A stretch of DNA of 57,860 nt. It comes from a virus (taxonomy: Duplodnaviria; Caudoviricetes). The position numbers and the translations under genes were made by a program. The notes beneath the pieces were generated by a model. The model was not told the origin of the DNA, searched no databases, and saw nothing but the letters and a program-made list of their open reading frames with translations. Below, piece after piece: positions 46,512-57,297 of the stretch. Location: positions 1 through 57,860 of IMG/VR virus record IMGVR_UViG_3300028920_002366; one strand, written 5' to 3'. Each line of letters starts with the position of its first letter. Position 1 is the first letter of the stretch.

Positions 46512-48287
46512 ATGGCTGCAGATGTAAGAGTATATGAGATATCAACAAGTTCAGTTAGTAATCTTAACAATAGAGAATTTTGTTTTGAGACATCAAATGA
46601 TACTGATCTTGGATGGAAGATGGCAGGGGGGAAAAATCAAGATGGTGATGTAATGCTTTTCCTTGCAAAAGATAGACCAGCACAAGTTACAACTCTTACT
46701 GTAAGTGGGTCTGTATCAATAAGTGCTGGTAGTATTACGATAGATACCCTTTCTCTTTCAACAGCAAGTTCGTATCAGGTTATGTATGGCGATTTTCAAC
46801 AGTCTTCAACTTTTTTTTGGAAAAACAGTAAGTTAAAAATTGGCGCGACAAGTGACCCAGAATATAAGGTTGATATAGAAAGTTCATCTCAAGACCAGAT
46901 GAGATTAATTAACAATAACACTGACTCAAATCCCGCCACATTAGTATTGGAAAAAAATTCAGACACTCCTGTTGATGATGATGAGATTGGTAGAATTAAG
47001 GCAACAGGAAATGACGACGATCTATCTGTCCAAGGATATGTTGACTATAGCGATATAACTTTTATCGCCTCTGATGTTAGTAGTGATAACCCAAACGGCC
47101 AAACTGTATTTTATAACATGGTTGCTGGTACACGTACAGAGTCTATAAGGCTTAATGCTAATGGAGATAACGAAATAACAGTAAAAAATGCAGCTTCTTT
47201 GAAAAATAATTTGAATATTAAAGCTACTCTTAATTACACCATAGGCAGGCCTAGGGTCCTTGACCTAACCTCTACTGACGCAGATCTCAAGGGTTTTGCT
47301 GGTGGATTTACGGACGGGAGATATATATATCTAGTTCCAGAGTCTAATGGTGACTATTTTGGGAAAGTAGCAAAAATAGATATACATGACTTTGCTACAG
47401 TCTCAGTTCTTGATCTAACCTCTACAAACGCAGAACTAAAAGGTTTTACGGGCGGTTTTACAGATGGTAAATATGGTTATTTTATACCATCAAGAAGCAC
47501 ACAAGGAAAAGTTGGTCGGGTAGATTTATCAGATTTTGCTACAGTGTCAATGCTTGACCTAACCTCTACTGACGCAGATCTCAAGGGGTTTTTTGGTGGG
47601 TTTACTTGGGGTAATTATGGTTATTTAATGCCATATTATAATGGTCAATATTTTGGAAAAATTGCAAGGATTCACTTAGATGACTTTGCCACAGTTTCAG
47701 TTCTTGACCTAACCTCTACTGACGCAGATCTCAAGGGGTTTTTTGGTGGCTTTACGGATGGTGTATATGGTTATTGTGTACCAAATGACAATGGTTCATG
47801 GTTTGGAAAATTCACTAGGTTTAAGCTAGAGGATTTTAGTAGTGTAGATACTATTGATCTAACACTGAGGAACTCTGAGTTAAAAGGGTTTCGTGGCGGT
47901 TTTACCGACGGCAGATACGCTTATCTTGTCCCTGCTACCTATGGAAAATTTACAAGGATTGATTTAACAGATTTTAACACAGTTGATTACATAGACTTAA
48001 CAGATACAAACGCTGGCCTCAAAGGTTTTATCGGCGGGTTTACCGATGGCAAATGGGCCTATATGGTCCCTTTTGGTGCATCAGAACCTAGTGGATTATT
48101 TTGTAGAATAAATCTTAACGATTTTTCCACAATTGAAACTTTTGACATCTCTGAAATTAGTTCAAATTACAAGGGCTATCGTGGTGGTATATTTGATGGT
48201 AGGTATAGTTATTTTATACCAGCCTTTCATGCGTCTTATCATGGTAATCTAATAAGGTTTCAATCTCAATTTGGCGGTAACTTATAG
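46512..48287 (+). CDS. Tail fibre / receptor-binding protein with C-terminal beta-propeller
   Basis: Fibre-like shaft (KIGATSDP..K.DI) followed by 7 repeats of LDLTSTDADLKGF.GGFTDG.Y.Y..P. Confidence 0.7.
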   Translation: MAADVRVYEISTSSVSNLNNREFCFETSNDTDLGWKMAGGKNQDGDVMLFLAKDRPAQVTTLTVSGSVSISAGSITIDTLSLSTASSYQVMYGDFQQSSTFFWKNSKLKIGATSDPEYKVDIESSSQDQMRLINNNTDSNPATLVLEKNSDTPVDDDEIGRIKATGNDDDLSVQGYVDYSDITFIASDVSSDNPNGQTVFYNMVAGTRTESIRLNANGDNEITVKNAASLKNNLNIKATLNYTIGRPRVLDLTSTDADLKGFAGGFTDGRYIYLVPESNGDYFGKVAKIDIHDFATVSVLDLTSTNAELKGFTGGFTDGKYGYFIPSRSTQGKVGRVDLSDFATVSMLDLTSTDADLKGFFGGFTWGNYGYLMPYYNGQYFGKIARIHLDDFATVSVLDLTSTDADLKGFFGGFTDGVYGYCVPNDNGSWFGKFTRFKLEDFSSVDTIDLTLRNSELKGFRGGFTDGRYAYLVPATYGKFTRIDLTDFNTVDYIDLTDTNAGLKGFIGGFTDGKWAYMVPFGASEPSGLFCRINLNDFSTIETFDISEISSNYKGYRGGIFDGRYSYFIPAFHASYHGNLIRFQSQFGGNL

Positions 48288-49417
48288 TGCTATACAATCC
48301 TTATATAAGATATGAAACTACTAGTGTCAACTTAAGTAATAATATGTTAGCACCTACATTTCCTTTACAAGCTGGCATTAGGTTTCATAGTTATCCAAAC
48401 GAAAAACCAGCATTGTTGACAACTAGTAGATTGTATGGCACAACAAAAATAAGATTAAGTATAGAGAATATAAAAGTAACAGACAAAGATACAGTATATA
48501 GTTTTTGGGATACTACTCTTTCTAATGGTTATAATGATTTTACCGTAATTGATCATCGTGGTAGGATGTTATTCGAATCAAGCTGGAACGATTGGGAAGT
48601 AAGATGGAAAAAACAAAGAGGTGGGCTATATACAATTATAATTAATATAGAATCTTCAACCCCTTGGACCCTACCTATTTTTGGATCTTATACTTTTGTA
48701 GGCAACAACCTATTAAGCCATGATCTCAATAGCCCTACGCTATCTTTTGGGACAGGAGGGTACCTTGAAGATAATAATTCGACAAACGTACTAAGGTCTA
48801 ATGGGTACGCATTAGCCTTAGAGGGATCAAGTGGGAGTGTACAGATTGCAGCAACTTCTCCAGTTGGATATAGGAGTCGTACTCATAATGGATCAATTTC
48901 AATATTTTTTCAATTTAAAGCATGCGAGATAACTGACGATTTTTATTTGTTCGAAATAAAATCTAGTGATAATACTCATATCAGAATAGTGCATGGTGAT
49001 GATAAAATATATGCAGAAATAAATAACGTTGAACTACGCAAAGGATCTGCTTCTTACACAAGTTTGACTCAACAAACATGGTATGATGTAGCATATTCTT
49101 TTGATGCAAATAATAATAATTATTATCTGTATATTACAGAGTCAGGAGTTAGTAGTTTTAATGATTTTCTTGACGGAAAAACAGATGTTGATGAAAACAT
49201 AAACACGTATATGTCAAGCTCTCAATATCCATCGCGTGTGAAATGGCAAGAAATTAATTTAATTAAAGAACTAACAACTACAGGTGTGTATGATTATGAT
49301 TATTGTTATTTACAAAATTTATTTATTTTTGATGGATTTTTAACAGCCACGGAGTTCAACACTATGCGTAGGCTGTGTTACATGTGGAATAACAAAACAA
49401 CTTATTACCCAAAGTAA
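48287..49417 (+). CDS. Tail tip protein with LamG-like C-terminal domain
   Basis: SISIFF, WYDVAYSFD..YLY and IFD..LT..E motifs. Confidence 0.55.
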   Translation: MLYNPYIRYETTSVNLSNNMLAPTFPLQAGIRFHSYPNEKPALLTTSRLYGTTKIRLSIENIKVTDKDTVYSFWDTTLSNGYNDFTVIDHRGRMLFESSWNDWEVRWKKQRGGLYTIIINIESSTPWTLPIFGSYTFVGNNLLSHDLNSPTLSFGTGGYLEDNNSTNVLRSNGYALALEGSSGSVQIAATSPVGYRSRTHNGSISIFFQFKACEITDDFYLFEIKSSDNTHIRIVHGDDKIYAEINNVELRKGSASYTSLTQQTWYDVAYSFDANNNNYYLYITESGVSSFNDFLDGKTDVDENINTYMSSSQYPSRVKWQEINLIKELTTTGVYDYDYCYLQNLFIFDGFLTATEFNTMRRLCYMWNNKTTYYPK

Positions 49418-49420
49418 ATT

Positions 49421-52400
49421 ATGATTCAAGAAAACTCATGTCTTGTTATGCAAATTACTCTTAAGAGTAATACTTATTATGTTACAGACAGGCCAGATAT
49501 AAGCCTAGACGGAAACGTATATAGAAATGTCGTGCTTAGTTGGGGAAATATAGAATTTTTTGGTAATATTGGTGATGGAGAATTTCAGACTGGAAGCACA
49601 GAAGTCGTACTAATGAATGGAGAAGAGTATATTGATGCTGGTTATAATTTTGACCCTACTGACATATGGAATAATTACACAGCAGAAATAAGAAGATATT
49701 CTTCAGGAATGTATAATTTTGTGGATTATGGTGATGGACTAGGCTGTTTGCCTGTGAAAAAAGGAAAAATCAAAAATTACCAAATTAGTAATAACCAAAT
49801 TAGTTTTTCAATCGAAGACGTTGACAGCAGAGATAGTATATTAATTCCTGGTGTTATTTGTGTAGACAATTCGTCATTAGATGAAAGTGACGCTCGAACA
49901 ACAATAACTGGCGTTATTGGTGGTTCTGGAGACACAATAAGTGTTACTGATTCTTCTATATTTTACACGGGGGAATTAGTTTTTTTAACTGAAAATACTG
50001 GTGATACTGAATACGCAAGAATATTGTCTATTGATTCGGATAATAATAGATTAACTTTTTATGAAGATGTACAAAACTCATTTTCTTCCGGAACAAATTA
50101 TATAGAAAAAGCATTTAGAGTTATCCCTAAAAAATTTATTGACCAAACTATACCTGTGTTATTTGGAGATTTAGGCGAAACTGGAAATATCTTTGCGAAA
50201 CTAATAACTACTAATGGTGGAGCCGGAACACAAAAAATAATATGTGACTATATTAAAACAACATCAATAAGTCAAGTAGGTATTTTTTTTGAAGATATGA
50301 GAGAATATCTAAAAGCAGAAGAAGACGAAGATTATACAATTAACAACAATATAATAGATTTCGAAATAGATACTGAAGCTACATTATCAGAGGATATTGT
50401 AACAATATCTGGTGGGATACAAGTTATTAAGGTTTCGTCTATTGACAATATAATATGGTATGACGAGGATACAGTAGAAAACGCAAACCCAGAAATGCTT
50501 ACTGTTAGCGTGATTAAAATAGACCAAGAATTAATGCAAGTAGTTGACAAGCCATCTAATATATATATACAAGTCGAAAGAGGTTACAATGGCACTAACA
50601 TAACAACCCATAATGCTGGTGCAAAAATATACCAAAGTTCAAAATATAGCTCAAAAAATTTAATATCATTTTTTCATCTCTTTCCTGCAGTTGCCAGTAG
50701 TAATTATTATTACAAGACTAACCCTGGTGCACCAACACTAGTAATATCTGATATAATGACTGGATGGAATAATATTATAGATGGGGACCTCAATACTTAT
50801 TATGAAATATATTACGACATAAGTGAGCAAAGTATGAGGATAATTAACTTTGACATTAAATTTGCTAATATAGAAAAATCATACAAAGTAATATATTCAT
50901 GTTTGGCTTTGAAATCATATTTGTACTTATATCTTGATGCTGATTCTAGTTTATTAATAACAAAAACCAGATACAATCACTTTAAATTTGCTCTATACGA
51001 TCCAAATCAAAAAACGGAAAGAGATGAAGATTTATTAACACAATCTGCTGGTACTGGCAATCAAGATTTTAATTATCATATACAAGGATCTATAGAATAC
51101 TCGGGATTAACGGCTCAAACAGCATCTATAGATATGTTAATTGATAATTATTCGACTTTTAGTGGAGATAACCAAACAACTGTTTATCATGACTCAGAGT
51201 TTACAAATATAATTAAATATAAACCAAATTATAATCTTGAATATCTTGAATATGATTATACAGGCAGTGAAAATTATTTGTATAGCAATAACTATAAAGA
51301 CACAGGTAGACCTTTTGTCGAGGCAGCTGAAGAAGGTCCGTATATTATTGACAAACTAACAGACCTCAACAAAAAATGGAAATTTTCTATGTTGTTTTGG
51401 TATTATACAGCGGGAATAAAATTTCGGCTTAACACAATTGGTATATGGTGCAGATTCTTAGTTGATTTTACGGAAAATGAGCTTATTTCAAAGGCTACAG
51501 GTAGACAAATTACTGAAACTGTTTCAGATATAACAAAAAGTACAGAAGGGAATCTATGTGAACACCCAAAAGATGTATGTTGTCAATTACTAACACAAGA
51601 AATGCAATATGAAGAAGATGATTTTGGGTATACTTGGAGAGAGTCAAGTTATAAATATTGCTATGTAATGAATTATAATACAACTCTTGAAATAATAGAC
51701 GTAACTATCCCTGAAAGACCTGTTCAGGTATCTACTACTGACCTAAGTAGTTCGTTTGGCGGTTATAGTTATGATTTTAAACTATACGAAGATAAAATAT
51801 ACTTAACAAACGGTACTGATAGATTAATGATTATCGATGTGAGCGATAAAATGAACCCTACTGTTGACAAACTAATACTTGACGGAGAATTAGGAGGTGT
51901 TGATCTTACTGGCGCTAAAGGGTTAGACATTGAAGGTAATTATCTTTATGTGGGTACTACAACAAAAATGGAAGTAATAGATATATCAGACACTGAAAAT
52001 CCAGTCCATGTTGGTACTGCTGAAAATGGTGTTGGTGGTGTAACTATTAATGAATCTCAAGAATTACAGTATGTTGCTGAATTTGGATATGTATTTGTGT
52101 CAATCAAGAGCGGTGTAGAAATAATAGATGTATCTACCCCATCATCTCCAACACACGTTAATCTAATATCTATTACAAATTATGTAGCATTATATCGTAG
52201 ATTAAGAATGAAAATAGTTGGAGATTATCTTTACTATTGCCAGATAGCAGCATTAGATACTTTCAACTTACTAATATATGATATAAGTGACCCAGGATCT
52301 CCTAATCTTGAGAGTACGACAAGTATTGATGATATATGGGGGCTTTGGGTCTATAACGATAAAGCATATCTTACAAATACTGTATTAGATCAATGGGATG

Positions 52401-53347
52401 TTACAAATAAGGCTGCACCATCGAAAACAAAAAGTACATACAATACAGGCAGGTATGGTGAGATTACTTTTGACACAGAAAATGACTTAGTATATTTTTT
52501 TACGGACCCGGCTTCAGGAGATGATAGTATTAATGTCTATAATGATGACGATTTGTCAAAAGTAAATATAATTAATCCTTTTGGAAATATGGAGTTTTCT
52601 GAGATAAAACAAATAGTATTAGCGTCTGAATATGATCATGTAAGAGACGTAGCGTTTTCATATGGTGGCAAAGATGATCAGATTGAAGGGTGGAAATTCA
52701 CATCAACAATAGCGTCTCATTATCTGTATCAGATAATGAAAAATTATTCAGGCAAAATAGATATAATAGATATATACCAAATTTACAACAAACCAGTAAT
52801 GGGATCTGAGATAAAAATAGAAGATATTCTTTTTGTTGCAGATTCTGGTGTAAGAAAGCTTTCTGTTTTTCATACTGGTTCAGATCTCATATGTAACGAT
52901 TTTATAGTTAAATACAAAAGAAATAATGCTACAGACGAGTTTGAGGGTGTATATGTGCTGCCAGATACATATACCATGGTTAAATCTGGCATAACTCTTC
53001 AGCAAGCCAGGATAGACTATTATGACGGTAGAAAAAAAACACTTGAAATAGAAAGTAGATTTATATACAGCGAAAATATTGCTAAGAAATTAGCTGAATG
53101 GCATGCTGATGATAAAGCAGAGGTACATTTCTATTGTGAAATTTATTTGGACTACAAACACTACTCAGACAAAAACTCACTTAATACTCAATACCAGATT
53201 GGAGATATCATATATCTTAATGGTACTGATAGCGGTATTACATTTGATTCAAGCAAGCCTTTATATATCAAAGACATATCAATATTAGATTCTGGGAGAG
53301 AAATTCTCATTAAAGCTAAAAGCCTCCATCCTATATCTTCTTTTTAA
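49421..53347 (+). CDS. Large tail hub / central fibre protein with LVIVD-like repeats
   Basis: IPVLFG, V.RGYNGT..H.AGA, P.D....L and repeated (L/V)EIIDVS.P..P motifs. Confidence 0.75.
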   Translation: MIQENSCLVMQITLKSNTYYVTDRPDISLDGNVYRNVVLSWGNIEFFGNIGDGEFQTGSTEVVLMNGEEYIDAGYNFDPTDIWNNYTAEIRRYSSGMYNFVDYGDGLGCLPVKKGKIKNYQISNNQISFSIEDVDSRDSILIPGVICVDNSSLDESDARTTITGVIGGSGDTISVTDSSIFYTGELVFLTENTGDTEYARILSIDSDNNRLTFYEDVQNSFSSGTNYIEKAFRVIPKKFIDQTIPVLFGDLGETGNIFAKLITTNGGAGTQKIICDYIKTTSISQVGIFFEDMREYLKAEEDEDYTINNNIIDFEIDTEATLSEDIVTISGGIQVIKVSSIDNIIWYDEDTVENANPEMLTVSVIKIDQELMQVVDKPSNIYIQVERGYNGTNITTHNAGAKIYQSSKYSSKNLISFFHLFPAVASSNYYYKTNPGAPTLVISDIMTGWNNIIDGDLNTYYEIYYDISEQSMRIINFDIKFANIEKSYKVIYSCLALKSYLYLYLDADSSLLITKTRYNHFKFALYDPNQKTERDEDLLTQSAGTGNQDFNYHIQGSIEYSGLTAQTASIDMLIDNYSTFSGDNQTTVYHDSEFTNIIKYKPNYNLEYLEYDYTGSENYLYSNNYKDTGRPFVEAAEEGPYIIDKLTDLNKKWKFSMLFWYYTAGIKFRLNTIGIWCRFLVDFTENELISKATGRQITETVSDITKSTEGNLCEHPKDVCCQLLTQEMQYEEDDFGYTWRESSYKYCYVMNYNTTLEIIDVTIPERPVQVSTTDLSSSFGGYSYDFKLYEDKIYLTNGTDRLMIIDVSDKMNPTVDKLILDGELGGVDLTGAKGLDIEGNYLYVGTTTKMEVIDISDTENPVHVGTAENGVGGVTINESQELQYVAEFGYVFVSIKSGVEIIDVSTPSSPTHVNLISITNYVALYRRLRMKIVGDYLYYCQIAALDTFNLLIYDISDPGSPNLESTTSIDDIWGLWVYNDKAYLTNTVLDQWDVTNKAAPSKTKSTYNTGRYGEITFDTENDLVYFFTDPASGDDSINVYNDDDLSKVNIINPFGNMEFSEIKQIVLASEYDHVRDVAFSYGGKDDQIEGWKFTSTIASHYLYQIMKNYSGKIDIIDIYQIYNKPVMGSEIKIEDILFVADSGVRKLSVFHTGSDLICNDFIVKYKRNNATDEFEGVYVLPDTYTMVKSGITLQQARIDYYDGRKKTLEIESRFIYSENIAKKLAEWHADDKAEVHFYCEIYLDYKHYSDKNSLNTQYQIGDIIYLNGTDSGITFDSSKPLYIKDISILDSGREILIKAKSLHPISSF

Positions 53348-53376
53348 TTGATTTATAGTAAATTATAAAATTATTG

Positions 53377-53405
53377 TTGATATTTAATTTTTTTTGTGGT
53401 AATAT
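53377..53405 (+). promoter_or_regulatory. sigma70-type promoter of the replication operon
   Basis: TTGATA-17-TAATAT with TG extension. TTGTGGTAATATT also occurs before yqaJ at 10944. Confidence 0.6.
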
Positions 53406-53445
53406 TTAGTTATTATTTGAATAACACAAAAATAAGGAGCTGTAT

Positions 53446-54009
53446 ATGCGAATCACAAAAAAATGGCTTATAGAAAAATATGCTTGCGAACCAGGATTAT
53501 TATGGTTTTGTAACCAGTCTGAGATAAATCCCATAAAAATAATCAAAAAGCTTATGTTAGAGGATCGTTATGAATGGGGTAGCTGGTTGATTACAAACAT
53601 TCTTACAAAGAAAGATAATATCTTATACGCGATATTCGCAGCGGAAAAAGTACTCCATATTTTCGAAGAAAAATATCCAAACGACAAAAGACCAAGGAAA
53701 GCTATCGAAGTAGCTAAAAAATATTTAAGTAATTTTTACGCATCTGCTGCTGCTGATGCTGCTGCTGCTGCTGCTGTTGATGCTTCTGATGCTGCTTATA
53801 TTGATGATGCTACGGCAGCTGCTGATGCTGCGGCAGCTGCTTATTCTACTGCTGCTGCGGTTACTTCTGACTATATTACTTCTTCTGTTTATGCTGATTC
53901 TGCTTATGCTGATTCTGCTTCTGCGGCAGCTTATAATAATAATTCAGACTATTATTTAGAAAAAAAAATAATAAATTATGGGATCGATTTACTTAAAAAA
54001 CAAGAGTAA
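53446..54009 (+). CDS. Imm5-like phage protein with Ala-rich tract
   Basis: AC..G..WF, AE.VL.IFE.KYPNDKRPRKAIE.A, then GCT-rich repeats. Confidence 0.7.
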   Translation: MRITKKWLIEKYACEPGLLWFCNQSEINPIKIIKKLMLEDRYEWGSWLITNILTKKDNILYAIFAAEKVLHIFEEKYPNDKRPRKAIEVAKKYLSNFYASAAADAAAAAAVDASDAAYIDDATAAADAAAAAYSTAAAVTSDYITSSVYADSAYADSASAAAYNNNSDYYLEKKIINYGIDLLKKQE

Positions 54010-54011
54010 AA

Positions 54012-55256
54012 ATGGATATAAATTACCTAAAAAGTAGAATAATGTCTGAGGTAAGTATTGTTTCTGTCGTAGAAAAATATACAAAGATTAAGAAAACAGG
54101 AAACCAATATATAGGTCTTTGCCCATTTCATAACGAAAAAACACCATCATTTTTTGTTAACCCTGAGAAAAATTTATTTAATTGTTTTGGATGTCATATG
54201 GGTGGGGATTTATACAAATTTGTTATGGAAATGGAAAAATTATCATTTATGGATACGGTGATAAAAATATCCCAGGATTATGGAATTATGGAAAATAATA
54301 ACCAAAATCAAAGTAAGTATAATGAATACTATTCAGCACTAAAACTAATTTCTGATTCTTATTATAACGAATTAAAAAAAAATAAAATTGCTATAAACTT
54401 TTTAAAGCAACGAAAAATTAAACCAGAAATAGTAAAAGAACTTAAAATTAGTTACGCTCCAAGCGCGATAAATTACTCAACACAAGTGCTAAAGCAAAAT
54501 ACAGATCTCATGAATAAGGTAGGGATAGTAAAAATTACCGACAATGAAATGAAAGATAGATTTAATAATAGGATAATGTTTCCAATCTTTAGCAGTAATA
54601 ATATTGTAGGTTTTTCTGGCAGGGCTGTTAGTGATAGCTTACCAAAATATCTTAATTCACCTGATACTGATATTTACAAAAAGTCAGAGGTTTTGTATGG
54701 CCTAAATTTTGCTAAAAGATATATCAAAGAGAAAGGTTGTGTAATAATTGTTGAGGGTAATTTTGACTTTGTTAAGCTTTACCAAAATGGAATAAAAAAT
54801 GTAGTAGCACTACTATGTACTAACTTTACTGACTACCAAATTAATTTACTAAAAAAAATAACCAATAATTTTATTCTTTGCCTTGATAATGATAATGCTG
54901 GTAGGAACTCAACAAAAAAAATAATTTACAATATATACGAAAAATATGACGAAATTAAAATAAATATAGTGTCACTAAAAGATACAAAAGACCCTGATAG
55001 TTTTATTGACGAATATGGCTGCGAAAAATTTTTAGTTGAGATAAAAAATAGTACTATGGGGATAAATTATTTAATTTACAATTCAAAGTTTAAGGTTGAG
55101 TTACAAAATATTATTAAAAGTATTTATAAAAAATATACTTCAAATCTAAAAACAGAAAAAGATGAAAAAAAAATAAAACAAAAAACTTGTTTTTTGAAGA
55201 AAAAAATCGTACAATTAATTAAAGTAACCGAAGAAATTATGGGAGAAACAAAATAA
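54012..55256 (+). CDS. dnaG: DnaG-type DNA primase
   Basis: CPFHNEKTPSF..CFGC zinc finger, RIMFPI, KYLNSP, TOPRIM VEG.FD, D.D.AG and KDPD. Confidence 0.95.
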   Translation: MDINYLKSRIMSEVSIVSVVEKYTKIKKTGNQYIGLCPFHNEKTPSFFVNPEKNLFNCFGCHMGGDLYKFVMEMEKLSFMDTVIKISQDYGIMENNNQNQSKYNEYYSALKLISDSYYNELKKNKIAINFLKQRKIKPEIVKELKISYAPSAINYSTQVLKQNTDLMNKVGIVKITDNEMKDRFNNRIMFPIFSSNNIVGFSGRAVSDSLPKYLNSPDTDIYKKSEVLYGLNFAKRYIKEKGCVIIVEGNFDFVKLYQNGIKNVVALLCTNFTDYQINLLKKITNNFILCLDNDNAGRNSTKKIIYNIYEKYDEIKINIVSLKDTKDPDSFIDEYGCEKFLVEIKNSTMGINYLIYNSKFKVELQNIIKSIYKKYTSNLKTEKDEKKIKQKTCFLKKKIVQLIKVTEEIMGETK

Positions 55257-55981
55257 TGGCTAAAAGATTATTTGACAACACTTTATTTAAACACAAGTTT
55301 TTTAAAAATTTACCAGAAAAATATAAATTGATGTGGATATACTTACTATGTGAATGCGATCATTCTGGTATATGGATTGTAGATTTTGATGTATTGGGTA
55401 TTTATATAAAAAACATAGGTTTAGAAGAATCAATTAAAGTCTTTGGTGATAAAATAGTAGTTTTCGACAATGAAGAGAAATGGTTTATCCCGTCTTTTAT
55501 AGAGTTCCAATATGGGTTATTAAACGAAAAAAATAGAGTACATAAATCAGTTATAGATATTTTGGATAGATTCAAACTATTAAAATATACAAAAATAATG
55601 ACCCTTGAAAGGGTCATGGAAGGGTGTAAGGATAAAGATAAAGATAAAGACAAAGACAAAGACAAGGAAAAAGAGAAAGAAAAAGAAAAAAAAGAAAAGC
55701 ATTATAAATTAGGCTCAAAAAAAAATGAAGAAGATTTTAATTTTTTTTGGCAAAAGTATCACGAAGTTGTTAAATTAAAAAAAACAGACCTGCAAGATTC
55801 AAAAAAAGCTTGGTCGAAATTAACCAGAAAGGAGAAAACCAATGCCTTGAATAATATAGAAAAATACTATTGGTCGCTCAAAAATAAGAATTATCCACAC
55901 AAAGCACGAACATATCTCTCGAAAAAACACTTTGATGACGAGTTTGAAATTAACAAAAATGACAAATGGGGAAATTGGTAA
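55256..55981 (+). CDS. Phage replication initiator-like protein
   Basis: KL.WIYLL..CDH.GIW wHTH-type N-terminus, (DK)n linker, and FW..Y..K...AW..L...TYL C-terminus. Confidence 0.7.
   Translation: MAKRLFDNTLFKHKFFKNLPEKYKLMWIYLLCECDHSGIWIVDFDVLGIYIKNIGLEESIKVFGDKIVVFDNEEKWFIPSFIEFQYGLLNEKNRVHKSVIDILDRFKLLKYTKIMTLERVMEGCKDKDKDKDKDKDKEKEKEKEKKEKHYKLGSKKNEEDFNFFWQKYHEVVKLKKTDLQDSKKAWSKLTRKEKTNALNNIEKYYWSLKNKNYPHKARTYLSKKHFDDEFEINKNDKWGNW
55598..55617. repeat. Perfect inverted repeat ATGACCCTT-GA-AAGGGTCAT, candidate origin element
   Basis: Lies in the initiator linker next to the purine-rich AAAGA(T/C) repeats. Confidence 0.5.
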
Positions 55982-56313
55982 TGACAAAAAATTTTTTTAA
56001 AAACCGAATTAAAAAGCTTGAAAAAGAGCTTCAACTCTCTGCAAATACAGAGTTTTACACCGATGTTTTGTTTGAAAAATTTAAAAATTCTGATGATAAA
56101 AATTTTAACAAAACTTGCGATATTTTAGCATCAACTTACGAAAATAAATTCAAATTTCCTGGGTTAAGTGATTTTATAAAAGTTTATAAATCAATAATTT
56201 ACCCGCCAAAAAATCTTAATTTAAGAAAAAAAAAACTAACAAACAGGGAAGTTGAGCAGGTTGGAAATATAGCCTCTGAATTAGCAAAAAAATTTTCAAA
56301 GAAAGGATCCTAA
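55981..56313 (+). CDS. Probable helicase loader/inhibitor-like protein
   Basis: Follows the initiator gene; KFP..SD motif. Confidence 0.45.
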   Translation: MTKNFFKNRIKKLEKELQLSANTEFYTDVLFEKFKNSDDKNFNKTCDILASTYENKFKFPGLSDFIKVYKSIIYPPKNLNLRKKKLTNREVEQVGNIASELAKKFSKKGS

Positions 56314-57297
56314 ATGTCTACACTATACCGCACAGACGGAACAATGATAGATAGTTCTAACAAGTTACCACTCGAAAAATTAGCAAATAAGAACAAAGAT
56401 AAGCTTTTTGGTGCCAATCTCAGTTATAAAATTCTACGTTTCGCTAATCTCCAAAAAGCTAATCTCAAAAAAGCTAATCTACAAAAAGCTAATCTAAGTT
56501 TCACCAATCTTAGTTTTGCTGATCTCCGGGAAGCCAATCTCCAAAAAGCCAATCTAAGTTGCGCCAATCTAAGTTACGCCAATCTTAGTTTTGCTGATCT
56601 CCGGAAAGCCAATCTACAGGGAGTCGATCTCCAGAGAGCCGATTTCAGAAAAGCCAATCTCCGGAAAGCAGATGTTAAGGAAGCCAATCTCAATTACGCC
56701 AATCTCCGGGGAGCCGATCTCCGGGAAGCAAATCTCCGGGGAGCCGATCTCCGGGAAGCAGATCTTCGAGAAGCCAATCTCAGTTTCGCCGATCTACGTT
56801 TCGCCGATCTACGAGAAGCCAATCTCAGTTTCGCCGATCTCAGTTTCGCCAATCTCAGTTTCGCTAATCTCAGTTTCACCGATCTCCAGAAAGCAGATCT
56901 CCAGAAAGCCGATCTCCAGAAAGCCGATCTCAGGAAAGTCAATCTCCAGAAAGCCGATCTCCGAGAAGTCGATTTCCGCTGGTCGATAATCGATGATGCA
57001 GACCTCCGCAACGCAAAATACGACTATGAGACAGTAATGCTTCAAGTTGATTGGGGAGAACTTTCCGACAAACTCACCCTCGAACTCATGCGCCAGGACG
57101 CGCAATTAATTGGAGAAGACATGATAACAGCCTGGGCTAATGGCGGCGAATGTCCTTACGAAGTTCTGTACAGAGATCGAGACTTCAAATTCAATGTTAA
57201 AAAACACCTCTGGAAACCCGGAAAACCAAAATACGGAAAAGATCAAATGAGAGAGCTGTTTGAGGCGCTTTGTAAGGAAAAAGGAGTGAAGATCTGA
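56314..57297 (+). CDS. Pentapeptide repeat protein, copy G
   Basis: Conserved caps and repeats. Confidence 0.9.
   Translation: MSTLYRTDGTMIDSSNKLPLEKLANKNKDKLFGANLSYKILRFANLQKANLKKANLQKANLSFTNLSFADLREANLQKANLSCANLSYANLSFADLRKANLQGVDLQRADFRKANLRKADVKEANLNYANLRGADLREANLRGADLREADLREANLSFADLRFADLREANLSFADLSFANLSFANLSFTDLQKADLQKADLQKADLRKVNLQKADLREVDFRWSIIDDADLRNAKYDYETVMLQVDWGELSDKLTLELMRQDAQLIGEDMITAWANGGECPYEVLYRDRDFKFNVKKHLWKPGKPKYGKDQMRELFEALCKEKGVKI

Noticed and set aside
53741-53935. GCT-rich repeat and the poly-Leu ORF 53756-53959
   Set aside because: This is an ordinary Ala-rich tract of the Imm5-like protein; the Leu ORF is its frame shadow.
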